Source: Bacteriovoracaceae bacterium (lineage in GTDB: Bacteria > Bdellovibrionota > Bacteriovoracia > Bacteriovoracales > Bacteriovoracaceae). Taken from it: a stretch of DNA of 64,000 nucleotides. Shown here piece by piece: positions 26,821-36,772 of the stretch. The notes under the pieces are model-generated. The model was not told the DNA's origin and made no database searches. It worked only from the letters and a program-made list of their open reading frames with translations. The stretch is from contig JBLWTJ010000002.1 in NCBI GenBank assembly GCA_048270185.1, forward strand, positions 224,001-288,000, in the 5' to 3' direction. Positions within the stretch are counted from its first letter, which is position 1. The number at the start of each line of letters is the position of its first letter. The position numbers were made by a program, and so were the translations under genes.

Positions 26821-28031
26821 AATTAGCAATTCTTTCTAAAGAACCAAAGAACTACAGTACACGTCGTCTCGTTGAAGCCTGTAATCAACGAGGACATAAG
26901 GTCAAGGTTCTAAATACTCTAAAATTTGCCATTGACCTGGAAACAGAAGAGCCTGAGCTCTATTATCTCCAGAAGCAATTAGGTCATTACGATGCAGTTC
27001 TACCGAGGATTGGAGCGTCTATTACATATTATGGAACGGCCGTTGTTCGTCAATTTCAACAAATGGATATCTTCTCAGCTAACTCTGCAGATGGAATTCT
27101 AAACTCAAGAGATAAGCTTAGAAGTTTTCAAATTCTTAGTAAGCATAATATTGGAATTCCTGCCACAACATTTGTAAAGAATAAGAAAGATGTACTACCT
27201 GCAATTGAAAGAGTTGGTGGTGCACCTGTTGTTATAAAGTTACTTGAGGGAACTCAAGGTGTCGGTGTTTTACTGGCCCATACAATTGAGATGGCCACAT
27301 CAATCATCGAATTACTACAAAGTCAGAAGCAAAACGTACTTATTCAAAAATTTGTTGCAGAAAGTAAGGGAAAGGATATCCGTGCCATCGTTGTAGGAGA
27401 TGAAGTTGTTGCGGCCATGAGACGAGTTGCTCAGGGACAGGAATTCAGAAGTAATGTTCACCGCGGTGGTAAGACTGAGATGGTTGAACTCGATGATATC
27501 TATAAAGAAACAGCAATTCGCGCAACTAAGCTTATGGGACTTGGTATTGCCGGTGTTGATATGCTCGAAGGCAAAGATGGCCCACAGATTATGGAAGTTA
27601 ACTCTTCTCCGGGTCTTGAAGGAATTGAAACATGCACAGGAATTGATGTGGCAGGTTCAATTATTGACTATATTGCTTCACGTGTTGATTACCCAGAAAT
27701 CGACTATCGTCAAAAGCTAACAGTAAGTAAAGGTTACGGAGTAACTGAAATATATATTCCAGAAGGCTCACAATATATTGGCCAGACAATTAAAGAGTCA
27801 GGACTTCGTGAACGCGATATCAACGCACTCTCTCTACATAGAGCAGGGAAAGTTGTTCCTAACCCTAAATCAGATCGAGTACTAGAAGCTGAAGATCGCC
27901 TGACTTGCTTTGGAAAGCTTGAAGCAATGAAAGATCTTATTCCAGAAAAGACGAAAAGACGTCGTCGTACAAAAGTTAAGAAGATCAAAGACTCTGAAGT
28001 ACTAGACGAAGTAAAAGGACATCACGAATAA
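26817..28031 (+). CDS. rimK: RimK-family alpha-L-glutamate ligase with C-terminal TrkA-C (RCK_C) domain
   Basis: PRIGASIT, KLLEGTQGVGV, FRSNVHRGG, MEVNSSPGLEGIE; C-terminal SQYIGQTIKE...PNP...LEAEDRL. Confidence 0.92.
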   Translation: MKLAILSKEPKNYSTRRLVEACNQRGHKVKVLNTLKFAIDLETEEPELYYLQKQLGHYDAVLPRIGASITYYGTAVVRQFQQMDIFSANSADGILNSRDKLRSFQILSKHNIGIPATTFVKNKKDVLPAIERVGGAPVVIKLLEGTQGVGVLLAHTIEMATSIIELLQSQKQNVLIQKFVAESKGKDIRAIVVGDEVVAAMRRVAQGQEFRSNVHRGGKTEMVELDDIYKETAIRATKLMGLGIAGVDMLEGKDGPQIMEVNSSPGLEGIETCTGIDVAGSIIDYIASRVDYPEIDYRQKLTVSKGYGVTEIYIPEGSQYIGQTIKESGLRERDINALSLHRAGKVVPNPKSDRVLEAEDRLTCFGKLEAMKDLIPEKTKRRRRTKVKKIKDSEVLDEVKGHHE

Positions 28032-29056
28032 TGGCAGACTCGAATATTTTAGTAATTGGTGAAGAAAGCTTTGCCCCAGGGGAAAGAAAAAGAACCCAGC
28101 TTGAAGTGGCTTCTTTATTTGACTATACAAAGCTACACATTCCAATTGAAGTCATTCGAGGAAAAGAAGATGGACCAACTCTATTTATTAGTGCGGCCAT
28201 TCACGGTGATGAAATCAACGGTGTTGAAATCATCAAGAGAATACTAAAGCGAAAAGACCTAAGAAAGCTCAAAGGAACGCTTATTGCAATTCCTATCGTC
28301 AATGTCTTTGGTTTTAATAATAAATCTCGTTATTTACCTGACCGCAGAGATCTTAATCGTTGCTTCCCTGGAAGCTCTAAAGGATCTCTTGGAGCTAGAT
28401 TAGCTCGTATTTTTATGAACGAAGTTGTTAGTAAATCAACACATGGAATTGATCTCCACACTGGAGCGATCAACCGAACTAACCTTCCTCAAATTAGAGC
28501 ATGTCTTGATGACGAAGAAACTCAGAACCTAGCAAAGAGTTTTGGAGTTCCTGTTACAATTAACTCTAAGATTCGCGATGGCTCACTTAGAGAAGCTGCG
28601 CGAGAGATTAATGTAAAAACGTTACTCTTTGAAGGTGGTGAAGCATTACGATTTGATGAGTCTGTTATTACTGCAGGGGTTCGAGGATGTTTCAATGTTA
28701 TGCAAAATATTGGTATGCTTCCAAAGCCAGTAAGAACAGAAAAGAAAACTCAAGGGCGTCCAAAGAAGAAAGTATTTGAAGCCAGTCATAGTTACTGGGT
28801 GCGAGCTGCACATAGTGGCTCTTTTAGGCTCCACAAGCACCTCGGTGATTATGTTGAAGAAGGCGAAAAGCTTGCGACAATTTCTAGCCCATTTGGAGAT
28901 GACCCACACTATATTCGAGCAACAGAAGCCGGTATTATCATCGGATTAAGTACTATTCCCCTAGTGAATAAGGGAGATGGAATGATTCACATTGCCTCTT
29001 TTAGTAACTCAAAAAAAGTTGAAGAAGCGATTGAGAATTACGAAGACCAGTATTAA
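28031..29056 (+). CDS. Succinylglutamate desuccinylase/aspartoacylase-family peptidase
   Basis: HGDEING, RDLNRCFPG, IDLHTG, FEGGEA. Confidence 0.9.
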   Translation: MADSNILVIGEESFAPGERKRTQLEVASLFDYTKLHIPIEVIRGKEDGPTLFISAAIHGDEINGVEIIKRILKRKDLRKLKGTLIAIPIVNVFGFNNKSRYLPDRRDLNRCFPGSSKGSLGARLARIFMNEVVSKSTHGIDLHTGAINRTNLPQIRACLDDEETQNLAKSFGVPVTINSKIRDGSLREAAREINVKTLLFEGGEALRFDESVITAGVRGCFNVMQNIGMLPKPVRTEKKTQGRPKKKVFEASHSYWVRAAHSGSFRLHKHLGDYVEEGEKLATISSPFGDDPHYIRATEAGIIIGLSTIPLVNKGDGMIHIASFSNSKKVEEAIENYEDQY

Positions 29057-29505
29057 TAACCTAATCTTTTAACGGCCAAGGCAACTTTCTTGGCCTCATT
29101 TTTTTCCCAACCCCAATAACCACAAGCATAGCCAACAAGAGTAAGACCATTATTCTCTAACTTCTTTACAGCGAAAATATAATCACGATCTTTTAAGAAA
29201 GAAGTGCTCCTAGGGAAGCGCTGGCAAGCATAAGGATACTCTAGTTGAAATGGGCCATTTGTAAAAGTGTGGCCCTTAATCGACTCTTTTAACATGACCG
29301 TATATTTGAGATCGATTGTCCCCTTCTTAGTCTTCATACAGAGATTATCAAGCTTCTTCACATCTAGATTATGATTTGCTTCTGTAATAGTACCAATAAA
29401 GATAAGAGAGGATTTCTCAATCATTTTCTTATCATCTTTTTTCATGCACTTTGCTTGAGCAATTGAAATTATTAAGCTTAGTAGAATAATCGATAGTAGC
29501 TTCAT
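29053..29505 (-). CDS. Secreted hypothetical protein, TIMP/NTR-like pattern
   Basis: Signal then C...LIFIGTITE...KESIKG...C...YIFAV...C. Confidence 0.6.
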   Translation of the reverse strand: MKLLSIILLSLIISIAQAKCMKKDDKKMIEKSSLIFIGTITEANHNLDVKKLDNLCMKTKKGTIDLKYTVMLKESIKGHTFTNGPFQLEYPYACQRFPRSTSFLKDRDYIFAVKKLENNGLTLVGYACGYWGWEKNEAKKVALAVKRLGY

Positions 29506-29518
29506 TTAAAAAAACCTT

Positions 29519-30142
29519 TTAGTAATCTTTATTTGTTCCGGCCTTTCGTTCAAAATAAATTAGATCGATATAAACGGATGTGGCCAAGATTACTTTTCGT
29601 TGTTCTTCAGTAATAAGTTTGGAATTATATTCAACTAAGAAGTTGTCTTTGTCCGTAAACATCTCATTTAAAATACCAGAAAACTTCTTAAGTATAAGTG
29701 CAATTTCACGCCCAGTATTTGTATATAAAGGATAGGTCCACGGCTTCCAAATAGGAGAACGCATCGACATAACGGTATTCCCCTGTGCATCTTTTAGATC
29801 AAATTTCTTTGTGAATATAGAAAAACGCTTTTCTAAACTTCCCAAAACTCTTCCATTCATATCTTTCACTTCAAGATAGCGAAAGTAAAAACGAAATGGA
29901 TGATGGGCGACCATAAATTCCTTACGATCATTATCGTAGAAATGAATATCAAATTTACGCCAATGACCGAGGGCCTGCCTCATTAAGAAGCCAAATATTC
30001 CTTTTTGTTGTTCAGCTGCATAACCGAGACGACTTCCATCTTCATCTAAGATCTCATATTTATTTCTCGTCTCGTATCCAAGTAGTTCCCAAGCTTCAAA
30101 AACTTGGTGGACAAGTAATTTCTTTCTTAAGCCAATCTCCAT
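29519..30142 (-). CDS. Scramblase/LURP-one (tubby C-terminal-like) family protein
   Basis: ETRNKYEI...AAEQ...R.F; FTDKDNF...ILATSVYIDLIYFE. Confidence 0.8.
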   Translation of the reverse strand: MEIGLRKKLLVHQVFEAWELLGYETRNKYEILDEDGSRLGYAAEQQKGIFGFLMRQALGHWRKFDIHFYDNDRKEFMVAHHPFRFYFRYLEVKDMNGRVLGSLEKRFSIFTKKFDLKDAQGNTVMSMRSPIWKPWTYPLYTNTGREIALILKKFSGILNEMFTDKDNFLVEYNSKLITEEQRKVILATSVYIDLIYFERKAGTNKDY

Positions 30143-30236
30143 CTACCTATAATAACATAGAACTTAACCAAAAATAACTAGATGACTTTGCCATTTACAC
30201 ATATTTACAGCTATTATTGTAGCAGAGGAATAATAA

Positions 30237-31571
30237 ATGATAGACAGTAAACATCTCTCTCGTAAGATGCGAAAGCCGACTGAAAGTATCAAGAAGATCT
30301 TAAAGATCATGGATATTTCCTTTGGCTCGTTTACAGTGCTCTTTATCCTTATTATCGGTTTTCATTTCCTAAAAACAGGAAGTGGGTTAAATGGTTTCCT
30401 CTCTCTTCTTGGCTTCCTCGTATTTAACCTTCTTTTGTCTCAAGTCAGTATCAGAACAAAAGACCCCTATCCCCTCGAGGTCTTTCGTCAAATAACAGGT
30501 ATGGCCGTTTTAAGTCCTATTATCCTCTACTATGTTCAAGATCCTTTCTCTCCTTTTTGGTACACATTTCTAATTATGACCATATCGAGTAGTAATATCC
30601 TCTATGAAATTACAGGAAAGACAATTTATGGTTTTGGCTTTACTGTTTTTGGTACTATCAGCTATATTTTATCGAGCTACTTTCTCTTAAATAATCCAAA
30701 TTGGTATCTCATCTCACTTCACTGTGTGACAATTATGATGCTTGGTGTTTTACTCTTCAATCTCTTCCATCTTATTCACGAAACATTTATGAGTGAAGTT
30801 CAAAAGTCACAACAACTATCAGAAACGATGAAAGAACTAAAGAACACCCAAGATTCTCTCGTATATACATCTCGCATGAGCGCTATCGGAGAAATGGCAG
30901 GAGGAATTGCTCACGAAATTAATAACCCACTTGCAATTATTTCAGGAAGTATCTTTCAAATAAAAAAGGGACTTCGAGACACTCACATCAACCCAGAAAC
31001 ACTACTCAATATTACAAATCGTATTAGCGATACCATCGAAAGAATCACTCAAATTATTATGAGCCTAAAAATTGTTTCAAGAGATTCAGAAGTGACAAAG
31101 GCAAGAGATATTAATCTACGTGACATACTTATTGATGCCACATCAATTTGTAATGAACGATTTAAAGCTCACGGCATTGATTTCCACTTTGATCCCTATA
31201 ATCAAATCTACAATACAATGGTTTACGTTGACCGTGTTCAACTATCACAAGTCTTTATTAATTTACTAAGTAATTCATACGATGCAGTCGAAGGCACAAG
31301 AGATGCTTGGATTAAAATTGAAGTTGAAGATGTAAAAAATTTCGCCAGAGTTAAAGTGATTGATTCAGGTCATGGAATTGCAAAAGAAATTGTTGGAAGA
31401 ATCTTTGACCCATTTTTTACCTCAAAAGATGTTGGCCATGGAACTGGACTAGGGTTATCAATTTCAAAAGGCATTATGGAGAAGAATGGAGGGAGCCTCC
31501 AATTAGATAACGAATCTCAAAATACTTGCTTTATCGCTGAATTACCAAAGTCCAATCCTATAGAGTCTTAG
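30237..31571 (+). CDS. Multi-TM sensor histidine kinase (orphan)
   Basis: GEMAGGIAHEINNPL, NLLSNS, DSGHG, FFTSK, GTGLGL. Confidence 0.93.
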   Translation: MIDSKHLSRKMRKPTESIKKILKIMDISFGSFTVLFILIIGFHFLKTGSGLNGFLSLLGFLVFNLLLSQVSIRTKDPYPLEVFRQITGMAVLSPIILYYVQDPFSPFWYTFLIMTISSSNILYEITGKTIYGFGFTVFGTISYILSSYFLLNNPNWYLISLHCVTIMMLGVLLFNLFHLIHETFMSEVQKSQQLSETMKELKNTQDSLVYTSRMSAIGEMAGGIAHEINNPLAIISGSIFQIKKGLRDTHINPETLLNITNRISDTIERITQIIMSLKIVSRDSEVTKARDINLRDILIDATSICNERFKAHGIDFHFDPYNQIYNTMVYVDRVQLSQVFINLLSNSYDAVEGTRDAWIKIEVEDVKNFARVKVIDSGHGIAKEIVGRIFDPFFTSKDVGHGTGLGLSISKGIMEKNGGSLQLDNESQNTCFIAELPKSNPIES

Positions 31572-31957
31572 AAACAAGAGATAAAAGAATCCCCAATACT
31601 TCCAAGAACTTTTCTACCTTTTTCATCAAGAATATTTCCATATGAGTTTCCACCGTCACAGTGGTCCTCAACAGTCATTATAATTGTATAGATTTCACCT
31701 GTTTGTGTTGCTTGAACTTTCATTTCAGCTAGTGCGTTGTGGCAGTATTCATATTCAAAGTCAGAAAATACCGGGTACTTTAAGAAGTCTTCTTTTGTAA
31801 GTGAAGGAAGCTTACGGTAACCAATTTCAGAATATTCATCTTTATCATAGCTTGAAGCAAGATCAACATTATTTAACTCAGGGCATGCTGATGCAGCAAA
31901 AGTAAGAAATGAGAACAACATGACAACGATATATTTCACAGGGAACCTCCACAACAA
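31568..31957 (-). CDS. Secreted hypothetical protein (likely start GTG 31939)
   Basis: Signal peptide ending ASA; EDHCDGGNSYG motif; four Cys. Confidence 0.7.
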   Translation of the reverse strand: MLWRFPVKYIVVMLFSFLTFAASACPELNNVDLASSYDKDEYSEIGYRKLPSLTKEDFLKYPVFSDFEYEYCHNALAEMKVQATQTGEIYTIIMTVEDHCDGGNSYGNILDEKGRKVLGSIGDSFISCF

Positions 31958-32043
31958 ATCTTTAAAACTAAAGCTTTTTTACCTAGCGGGAGGCCAAGAG
32001 ACAATTATATAAAAAATATGAATCTCATCTAAAATTTAGATAT

Positions 32044-32457
32044 CTAATCAATATTCACGAGATGCCCATCTGTACTAGGCGACTGAGTGATTTCCCAACG
32101 GTTCTTATCTGGGTCTATGAGAAGGAAACTCTTTTCTCCCCATGGATGATCTTTAGGCTCACCGCTCACATCAAAGTCAAACTTTGACTTAAGGCCCATG
32201 AGATTTTGATAGAACTGATCGACATCCTCAACAGTAACACCATAAGAGACTTGAGCTGGATTATCTAATAATTCAAAATAGTTAGAAGCCTTACCTACTG
32301 GTTTAAAGAAGGCCACTCGACTCTTGTCAGGAAGAACAAAGTCAGCAAAGTCCTCATTGGCAAAATGAGCATTAACACCAAAGACCTCAGTAAAGAAGTT
32401 GGCCATTATTGTGACGTCTTTTGACGTAATTACGAGATGAGATAGTGCCTTTAACAT
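32044..32457 (-). CDS. VOC/glyoxalase family protein
   Basis: HLVIT...FFTEVFG; PWGEKSF...DPDKNRWEI. Confidence 0.88.
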   Translation of the reverse strand: MLKALSHLVITSKDVTIMANFFTEVFGVNAHFANEDFADFVLPDKSRVAFFKPVGKASNYFELLDNPAQVSYGVTVEDVDQFYQNLMGLKSKFDFDVSGEPKDHPWGEKSFLLIDPDKNRWEITQSPSTDGHLVNID

Positions 32458-32524
32458 GGCCCTACTTTAACATAAGTTTTAATTGACTTCCATTTGCTTT
32501 AAGCATAAATCTTGCTATCCAACT

Positions 32525-32541
32525 TTGGTGCAGGCCTTGCG
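32525..32541 (+). promoter_or_regulatory. Possible sigma54 promoter for the 2OG-Fe(II) oxygenase gene
   Basis: TTGGTGCAGGCCTTGCG = GG-N10-GC; the -24 element is imperfect. Confidence 0.3.
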
Positions 32542-32575
32542 CCTTTTTGGCCTATGGGCCTAGTGAGAAATTTTA

Positions 32576-33178
32576 ATGAATGAATTCCAAAGAATGCTGG
32601 AATCACTGAGTGAAAAACGCTACTTCGTAAGTGATACACTCATTTCAAATGAGCTAGCTCTTGCATTGCAGGACGAAGCCATGTCGCGCTTTGAAAAAGG
32701 TGATTTTCATGAAGCCAAGGTTGGAAGAAATATCACTGAAAGACTAGATCAAAGAATTCGAGGCGATATCACTTCTTGGCTCGATAATGATAGTTCTAAT
32801 CAAAGTCTTGCCCAACAAGAGTATTGGAAATTTCTCGACCAATTGAAAGACCTTCTAAACCCAACCTTCTATCTTGGAATAAGAAGTTTTGAAGGACACT
32901 TTGCTTGTTACGATGAAGGTGCTTTCTATAAGAAACATGTCGATCAACACAGAGGAAGAGGTCTTAGACGCTTAAGTATTATTCTCTATTTAAGTGATAT
33001 GTTGGAAGGACAAGGAGGGGAACTAGTTCTTTATGACTATAATGATCATGACAAAATTCTTGATACAATACGACCAAAGCTTGGCCGTATTGCACTCTTT
33101 ATTTCAGATGATATGGCCCATGAAGTTCTTCCCTCGTTTGCTCCTCGCATTTCATTGACGGGATGGCTTAGGGCCTAG
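32576..33178 (+). CDS. 2OG-Fe(II) oxygenase (prolyl-hydroxylase/EGLN-like)
   Basis: IRGD, YKKHVD (HxD), HEV, RISLTGW. Confidence 0.9.
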   Translation: MNEFQRMLESLSEKRYFVSDTLISNELALALQDEAMSRFEKGDFHEAKVGRNITERLDQRIRGDITSWLDNDSSNQSLAQQEYWKFLDQLKDLLNPTFYLGIRSFEGHFACYDEGAFYKKHVDQHRGRGLRRLSIILYLSDMLEGQGGELVLYDYNDHDKILDTIRPKLGRIALFISDDMAHEVLPSFAPRISLTGWLRA

Positions 33179-33185
33179 GCTTTCT

Positions 33186-33731
33186 TTACATAAAGAAGAA
33201 AATAAGCGTTCCAAGAACAAATAGTATTGCTGTGATCTTCGCTTCTCTCTTCATCGTAAATGCAAGATAGAGTCCAGTTAAAATAATTAGTAGTAAGAAA
33301 ACTCCAACTGCTTTTTCATAATTTCTAATAAACTGAGATCCATGCCCCTTGTGAACTTCAATGAGCCTTCTTAGTAAGTTAGGAGATACATGGCTTACTT
33401 CTGTGCCACTCTCCTTAACAGTGAATTTATAATAGTCACGAGTTGTTGGACGAGTAATGGCCCCATCACCTAAATTCTTCACATAATCAAAAGAGTAATT
33501 TTCATCAATTTCATTAAGCTCAATTGCTATATTCTCTTTTGTTAAATCTGCTTTTGAGAGTTGAATCGTTTTTACAATTTTTACCTCTTCACTCCCCTTT
33601 AAATTAAAAAGATATGAAGTTCCCGTAAAGGCCATTATAAGTAAAAATGGTGCAGCAATTGCTGACAGATAAAGGTGTATTTTAATCCATGTAATTCTTT
33701 TCATTCTATAATCCTTAACCTTTAATTCCAC
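33186..33731 (-). CDS. PepSY-associated TM helix protein
   Basis: KIHLYLS...MAFTG, LIEVHKGHG, TM helices. Confidence 0.75.
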   Translation of the reverse strand: MELKVKDYRMKRITWIKIHLYLSAIAAPFLLIMAFTGTSYLFNLKGSEEVKIVKTIQLSKADLTKENIAIELNEIDENYSFDYVKNLGDGAITRPTTRDYYKFTVKESGTEVSHVSPNLLRRLIEVHKGHGSQFIRNYEKAVGVFLLLIILTGLYLAFTMKREAKITAILFVLGTLIFFFM

Positions 33732-34179
33732 AATGCGATAATGCAGCAGGAAGTTCTAATAATTTTAATCCGATTTGATCATCCATTTTTCTTTCGATCT
33801 TTTGTGAGATTGGAAAAAAGTACATTTCAGTTGTCACAGCAACTTTCGCACTAAATAGATGTCCACCTTTACAAGAAAAATCTTCATCACCTAAAACGGT
33901 GTGAATATGAAAGAATGGTTTTCCATCAACATGAGATAAATTACCGTCAAGACTTAGAAGCTCATATTCATTCTCAAATAGCTTGCGATCATACTCTTTA
34001 CGATCAAGATGATAAAAACCTAGTTCGACTTCTTTTAAGGCACCAATTCCTTTGAGCATTCCCGCGCCAAGCTTTTCAGTCGCAGCAAACTCCTCAAGGG
34101 ACTCAAATAGGTCCTCGTCTTTAAAGAGACGAATTAAGTAGCATTCTTCTTGTTTTAGATATTTCATATAAGCTCCCAA
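33715..34179 (-). CDS. PPC domain (DUF296) protein
   Basis: GIGAL, ELLSLDGN, HIHTVL, GGHL. Confidence 0.88.
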   Translation of the reverse strand: MGAYMKYLKQEECYLIRLFKDEDLFESLEEFAATEKLGAGMLKGIGALKEVELGFYHLDRKEYDRKLFENEYELLSLDGNLSHVDGKPFFHIHTVLGDEDFSCKGGHLFSAKVAVTTEMYFFPISQKIERKMDDQIGLKLLELPAALSHCGIKG

Positions 34180-34283
34180 AATTACAGCCTAAATTATAGC
34201 AAAATATCGATTCTTGTCCTCTTGCAGCGCACCCTGAAATCCTTGCACACCTAATTTACCCTGAAAGGAATAAATGATACTTA

Positions 34284-35021
34284 TTGCTAGTGTTTATCCG
34301 TCTACTGACCACATTAGCAACGATTCTGCTCATCCAAAGCTCTTTGGCCTCAGAGTGCTTCATCGAGCATCTCGATAATGCAATATCGAATAACCGCCAA
34401 AGGCGCCTTCAATACGCAAAGCTTACTAATGGAAAAAGTCGTAAAGTATCAAATCAATTAATATTTGCTGAAAAGATAGCAAAACTTTATGGCAAAACAC
34501 TAAGAAATAAATTAGCTCCATACCGTAAGGCAGGTATCCCAATTCTATGTCTCGACTTTATCGAGATGAGTAAGGCACCAAAGCTTATGAGTTATGATAG
34601 TCAACATGAACTCTCATATGCTGAAGTTGAAAAAGTTAATATAAAAGAAATTAAAAAAGATTTAAAAAGTCGACTTGAAAATGAAGAGTTCACTTCTATC
34701 GTTGATTATGTTGAGCAAGAGCTAACAAAAGTTGAAAAATATAGTCGCTATAATTGTATGGTAAAACATGTACTCGAATCAGTAGCACGCTCATCATTCT
34801 TAGTTCCACACTATGTAAATCATGCAAAAATAAAGAATCTAAAATCACCACTTAAATTACTCAAGAGTTATCTCAAGTATAATATCAATGCCCTTAGCTT
34901 TTCTCATTTAATCGATAAACGGGCCGTTTCTCTACAAGAGAAAGGAATTTCAATTTTATGTGGAGATGTCCCTGAAATTCCGTTAAGATTAGATTATGAG
35001 ATGGAACTTTCTAAACACTAA
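34284..35021 (+). CDS. Secreted hypothetical protein (start approximate)
   Basis: Signal-like N-terminus; internal repeats GIPILC / GISILC and CFIEHL / CMVKHVL. Confidence 0.7.
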   Translation: MLVFIRLLTTLATILLIQSSLASECFIEHLDNAISNNRQRRLQYAKLTNGKSRKVSNQLIFAEKIAKLYGKTLRNKLAPYRKAGIPILCLDFIEMSKAPKLMSYDSQHELSYAEVEKVNIKEIKKDLKSRLENEEFTSIVDYVEQELTKVEKYSRYNCMVKHVLESVARSSFLVPHYVNHAKIKNLKSPLKLLKSYLKYNINALSFSHLIDKRAVSLQEKGISILCGDVPEIPLRLDYEMELSKH

Positions 35022-35889
35022 AATTGGACTTGCCCTCGGTGGAGGTGCAGCAAAAGGTATTGCTCACATTGGTGTTCTTAAGGCCTTTGAAGAAAAAAAA
35101 ATACCTATCTCTTATATTTCAGGAACAAGTGTTGGCTCAATCGTTGCCGCTTACTACGCCTTTGATAAAAGCTACGATGACTTCCTAAATCTTGCAAAAA
35201 AGCTCAATTACAAAGACACGATCAGTTTAACAATTCCCAAAAAAGGCTTCTTTAGTACGAATGCCATACGAGAAATGATTTTGAAAGACCTTGGTGATGT
35301 CAAAATTGAAGATGCACATATCCCCCTTGCTATATGTACAACTGATATTGCAACCGGAGAACAGGTCGTCTTCTACAAAGGTTCATTAGTTGATGCTATT
35401 TGTGCTTCGATTTGTGTTCCTGGAGCTTTCATTCCGCAAGTTATTGAAGGCAGAACTCTTGTCGATGGTGGTATAACAGAGAATGTTCCTGTCTCGCCTC
35501 TTGAGGATATGGGAGCAGGAATTATCGTTGCAGTCGATCTTAATGGCGTACAAAAATATCAAGAACCAGATGATACATTTGCTATTATTAGTAATGCCAT
35601 GGATATTGCTATCGACCTTCGAACACGAGAACAAATTGAAGATGCAGATATCATTCTCTCTCTCGACTTAAGCCGATACAATCGCCTCGACAACTCAAAA
35701 TGTATAGAGGAGCTTATCGAAGAAGGCTATAGACCGATGACGGAAAGTCTCTCTGAGCTTTTCTGGTATCGTAAAGCAAGTTATATTGAATTTATTAAGA
35801 AATTATTCGTGGAGTTTGTTCCTTTTAAGGTTCCAAAAGTTATAAGTCGAATCTACAAAGAAAAACTAGCACGAATTACAATTAAATAG
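34996..35889 (+). CDS. Patatin-like phospholipase
   Basis: LGGGAAKG, GTSVG, DGG. Confidence 0.92.
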   Translation: MRWNFLNTKIGLALGGGAAKGIAHIGVLKAFEEKKIPISYISGTSVGSIVAAYYAFDKSYDDFLNLAKKLNYKDTISLTIPKKGFFSTNAIREMILKDLGDVKIEDAHIPLAICTTDIATGEQVVFYKGSLVDAICASICVPGAFIPQVIEGRTLVDGGITENVPVSPLEDMGAGIIVAVDLNGVQKYQEPDDTFAIISNAMDIAIDLRTREQIEDADIILSLDLSRYNRLDNSKCIEELIEEGYRPMTESLSELFWYRKASYIEFIKKLFVEFVPFKVPKVISRIYKEKLARITIK

Positions 35890-35902
35890 ATGGAGTTAAA
35901 TT

Positions 35903-36772
35903 TTGATTGATTTTAATCGTATTTTTAAACTACTAACAGGTAAGCTTAGCGTTTGGTATGAAGCTTCAATCAAAAGTATCCCAAACTTCATTGTTGCAAT
36001 AATTGTTCTCATTACTTTTTACTTCATCGCAAAAGCAATGAAAGATTTAGTCAAAAGAGTTTTACCAAAGATTTCATATAAAAGGTCTGTTAACGAAATT
36101 CTTGGAACAACAACTTTTATCCTAGTTGTCATTCTAGGTATTTTTACTGCCCTTGAAATAATGGGACTTGAAAAAACTGTTACTTCGATCCTTGCAGGGG
36201 CCGGGGTACTAGGTCTTGCTCTTGGTTTTGCTTTTCAAGAGATTGCTGCAAACTTCGTTTCAGGTGTTCTAATAGCCTTTCGCGAACCTTATCAGATTGG
36301 TGATATTATTGAAATTGACTCTTATATTGGAGAAGTAACTAATATTGAACTTAGGACGACGGGAATAACAACTTTTCAAGGCCTTGAAGTTTTTATTCCA
36401 AATAAGGATATGTTTACGAAGCCATTTATCAACTACACTAGTACGCCAAGGCGTCGTGTTGATATATCAGTTGGTGTTACTTATGATGCCGATCTTGAAC
36501 ATGTCACTAAAGTAACAAAATCTGCACTTGAAGAAATTCCATCTCGAATTAAAAATGTTGATGTTGAAGTATTCTTTTCAGACTTTGGAGACAGCTCTAT
36601 CAATCTAACGGCAAGAGTATGGATTCACTATCTAAATGGTGGCACTTATTTTCAAGCAAGACATGATGCTATTATCGGAATCAAAAAAGCTTTTGATAAT
36701 AATGGTATCACTATTCCATTCCCTATTAGAACGCTTGAATTTGGAAATAGCCTTGACCTTAAAAAAAATTAA
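35903..36772 (+). CDS. Small-conductance mechanosensitive channel family protein
   Basis: GLALGFAFQ, IPN, FGDSSIN, IPFP. Confidence 0.92.
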   Translation: MIDFNRIFKLLTGKLSVWYEASIKSIPNFIVAIIVLITFYFIAKAMKDLVKRVLPKISYKRSVNEILGTTTFILVVILGIFTALEIMGLEKTVTSILAGAGVLGLALGFAFQEIAANFVSGVLIAFREPYQIGDIIEIDSYIGEVTNIELRTTGITTFQGLEVFIPNKDMFTKPFINYTSTPRRRVDISVGVTYDADLEHVTKVTKSALEEIPSRIKNVDVEVFFSDFGDSSINLTARVWIHYLNGGTYFQARHDAIIGIKKAFDNNGITIPFPIRTLEFGNSLDLKKN

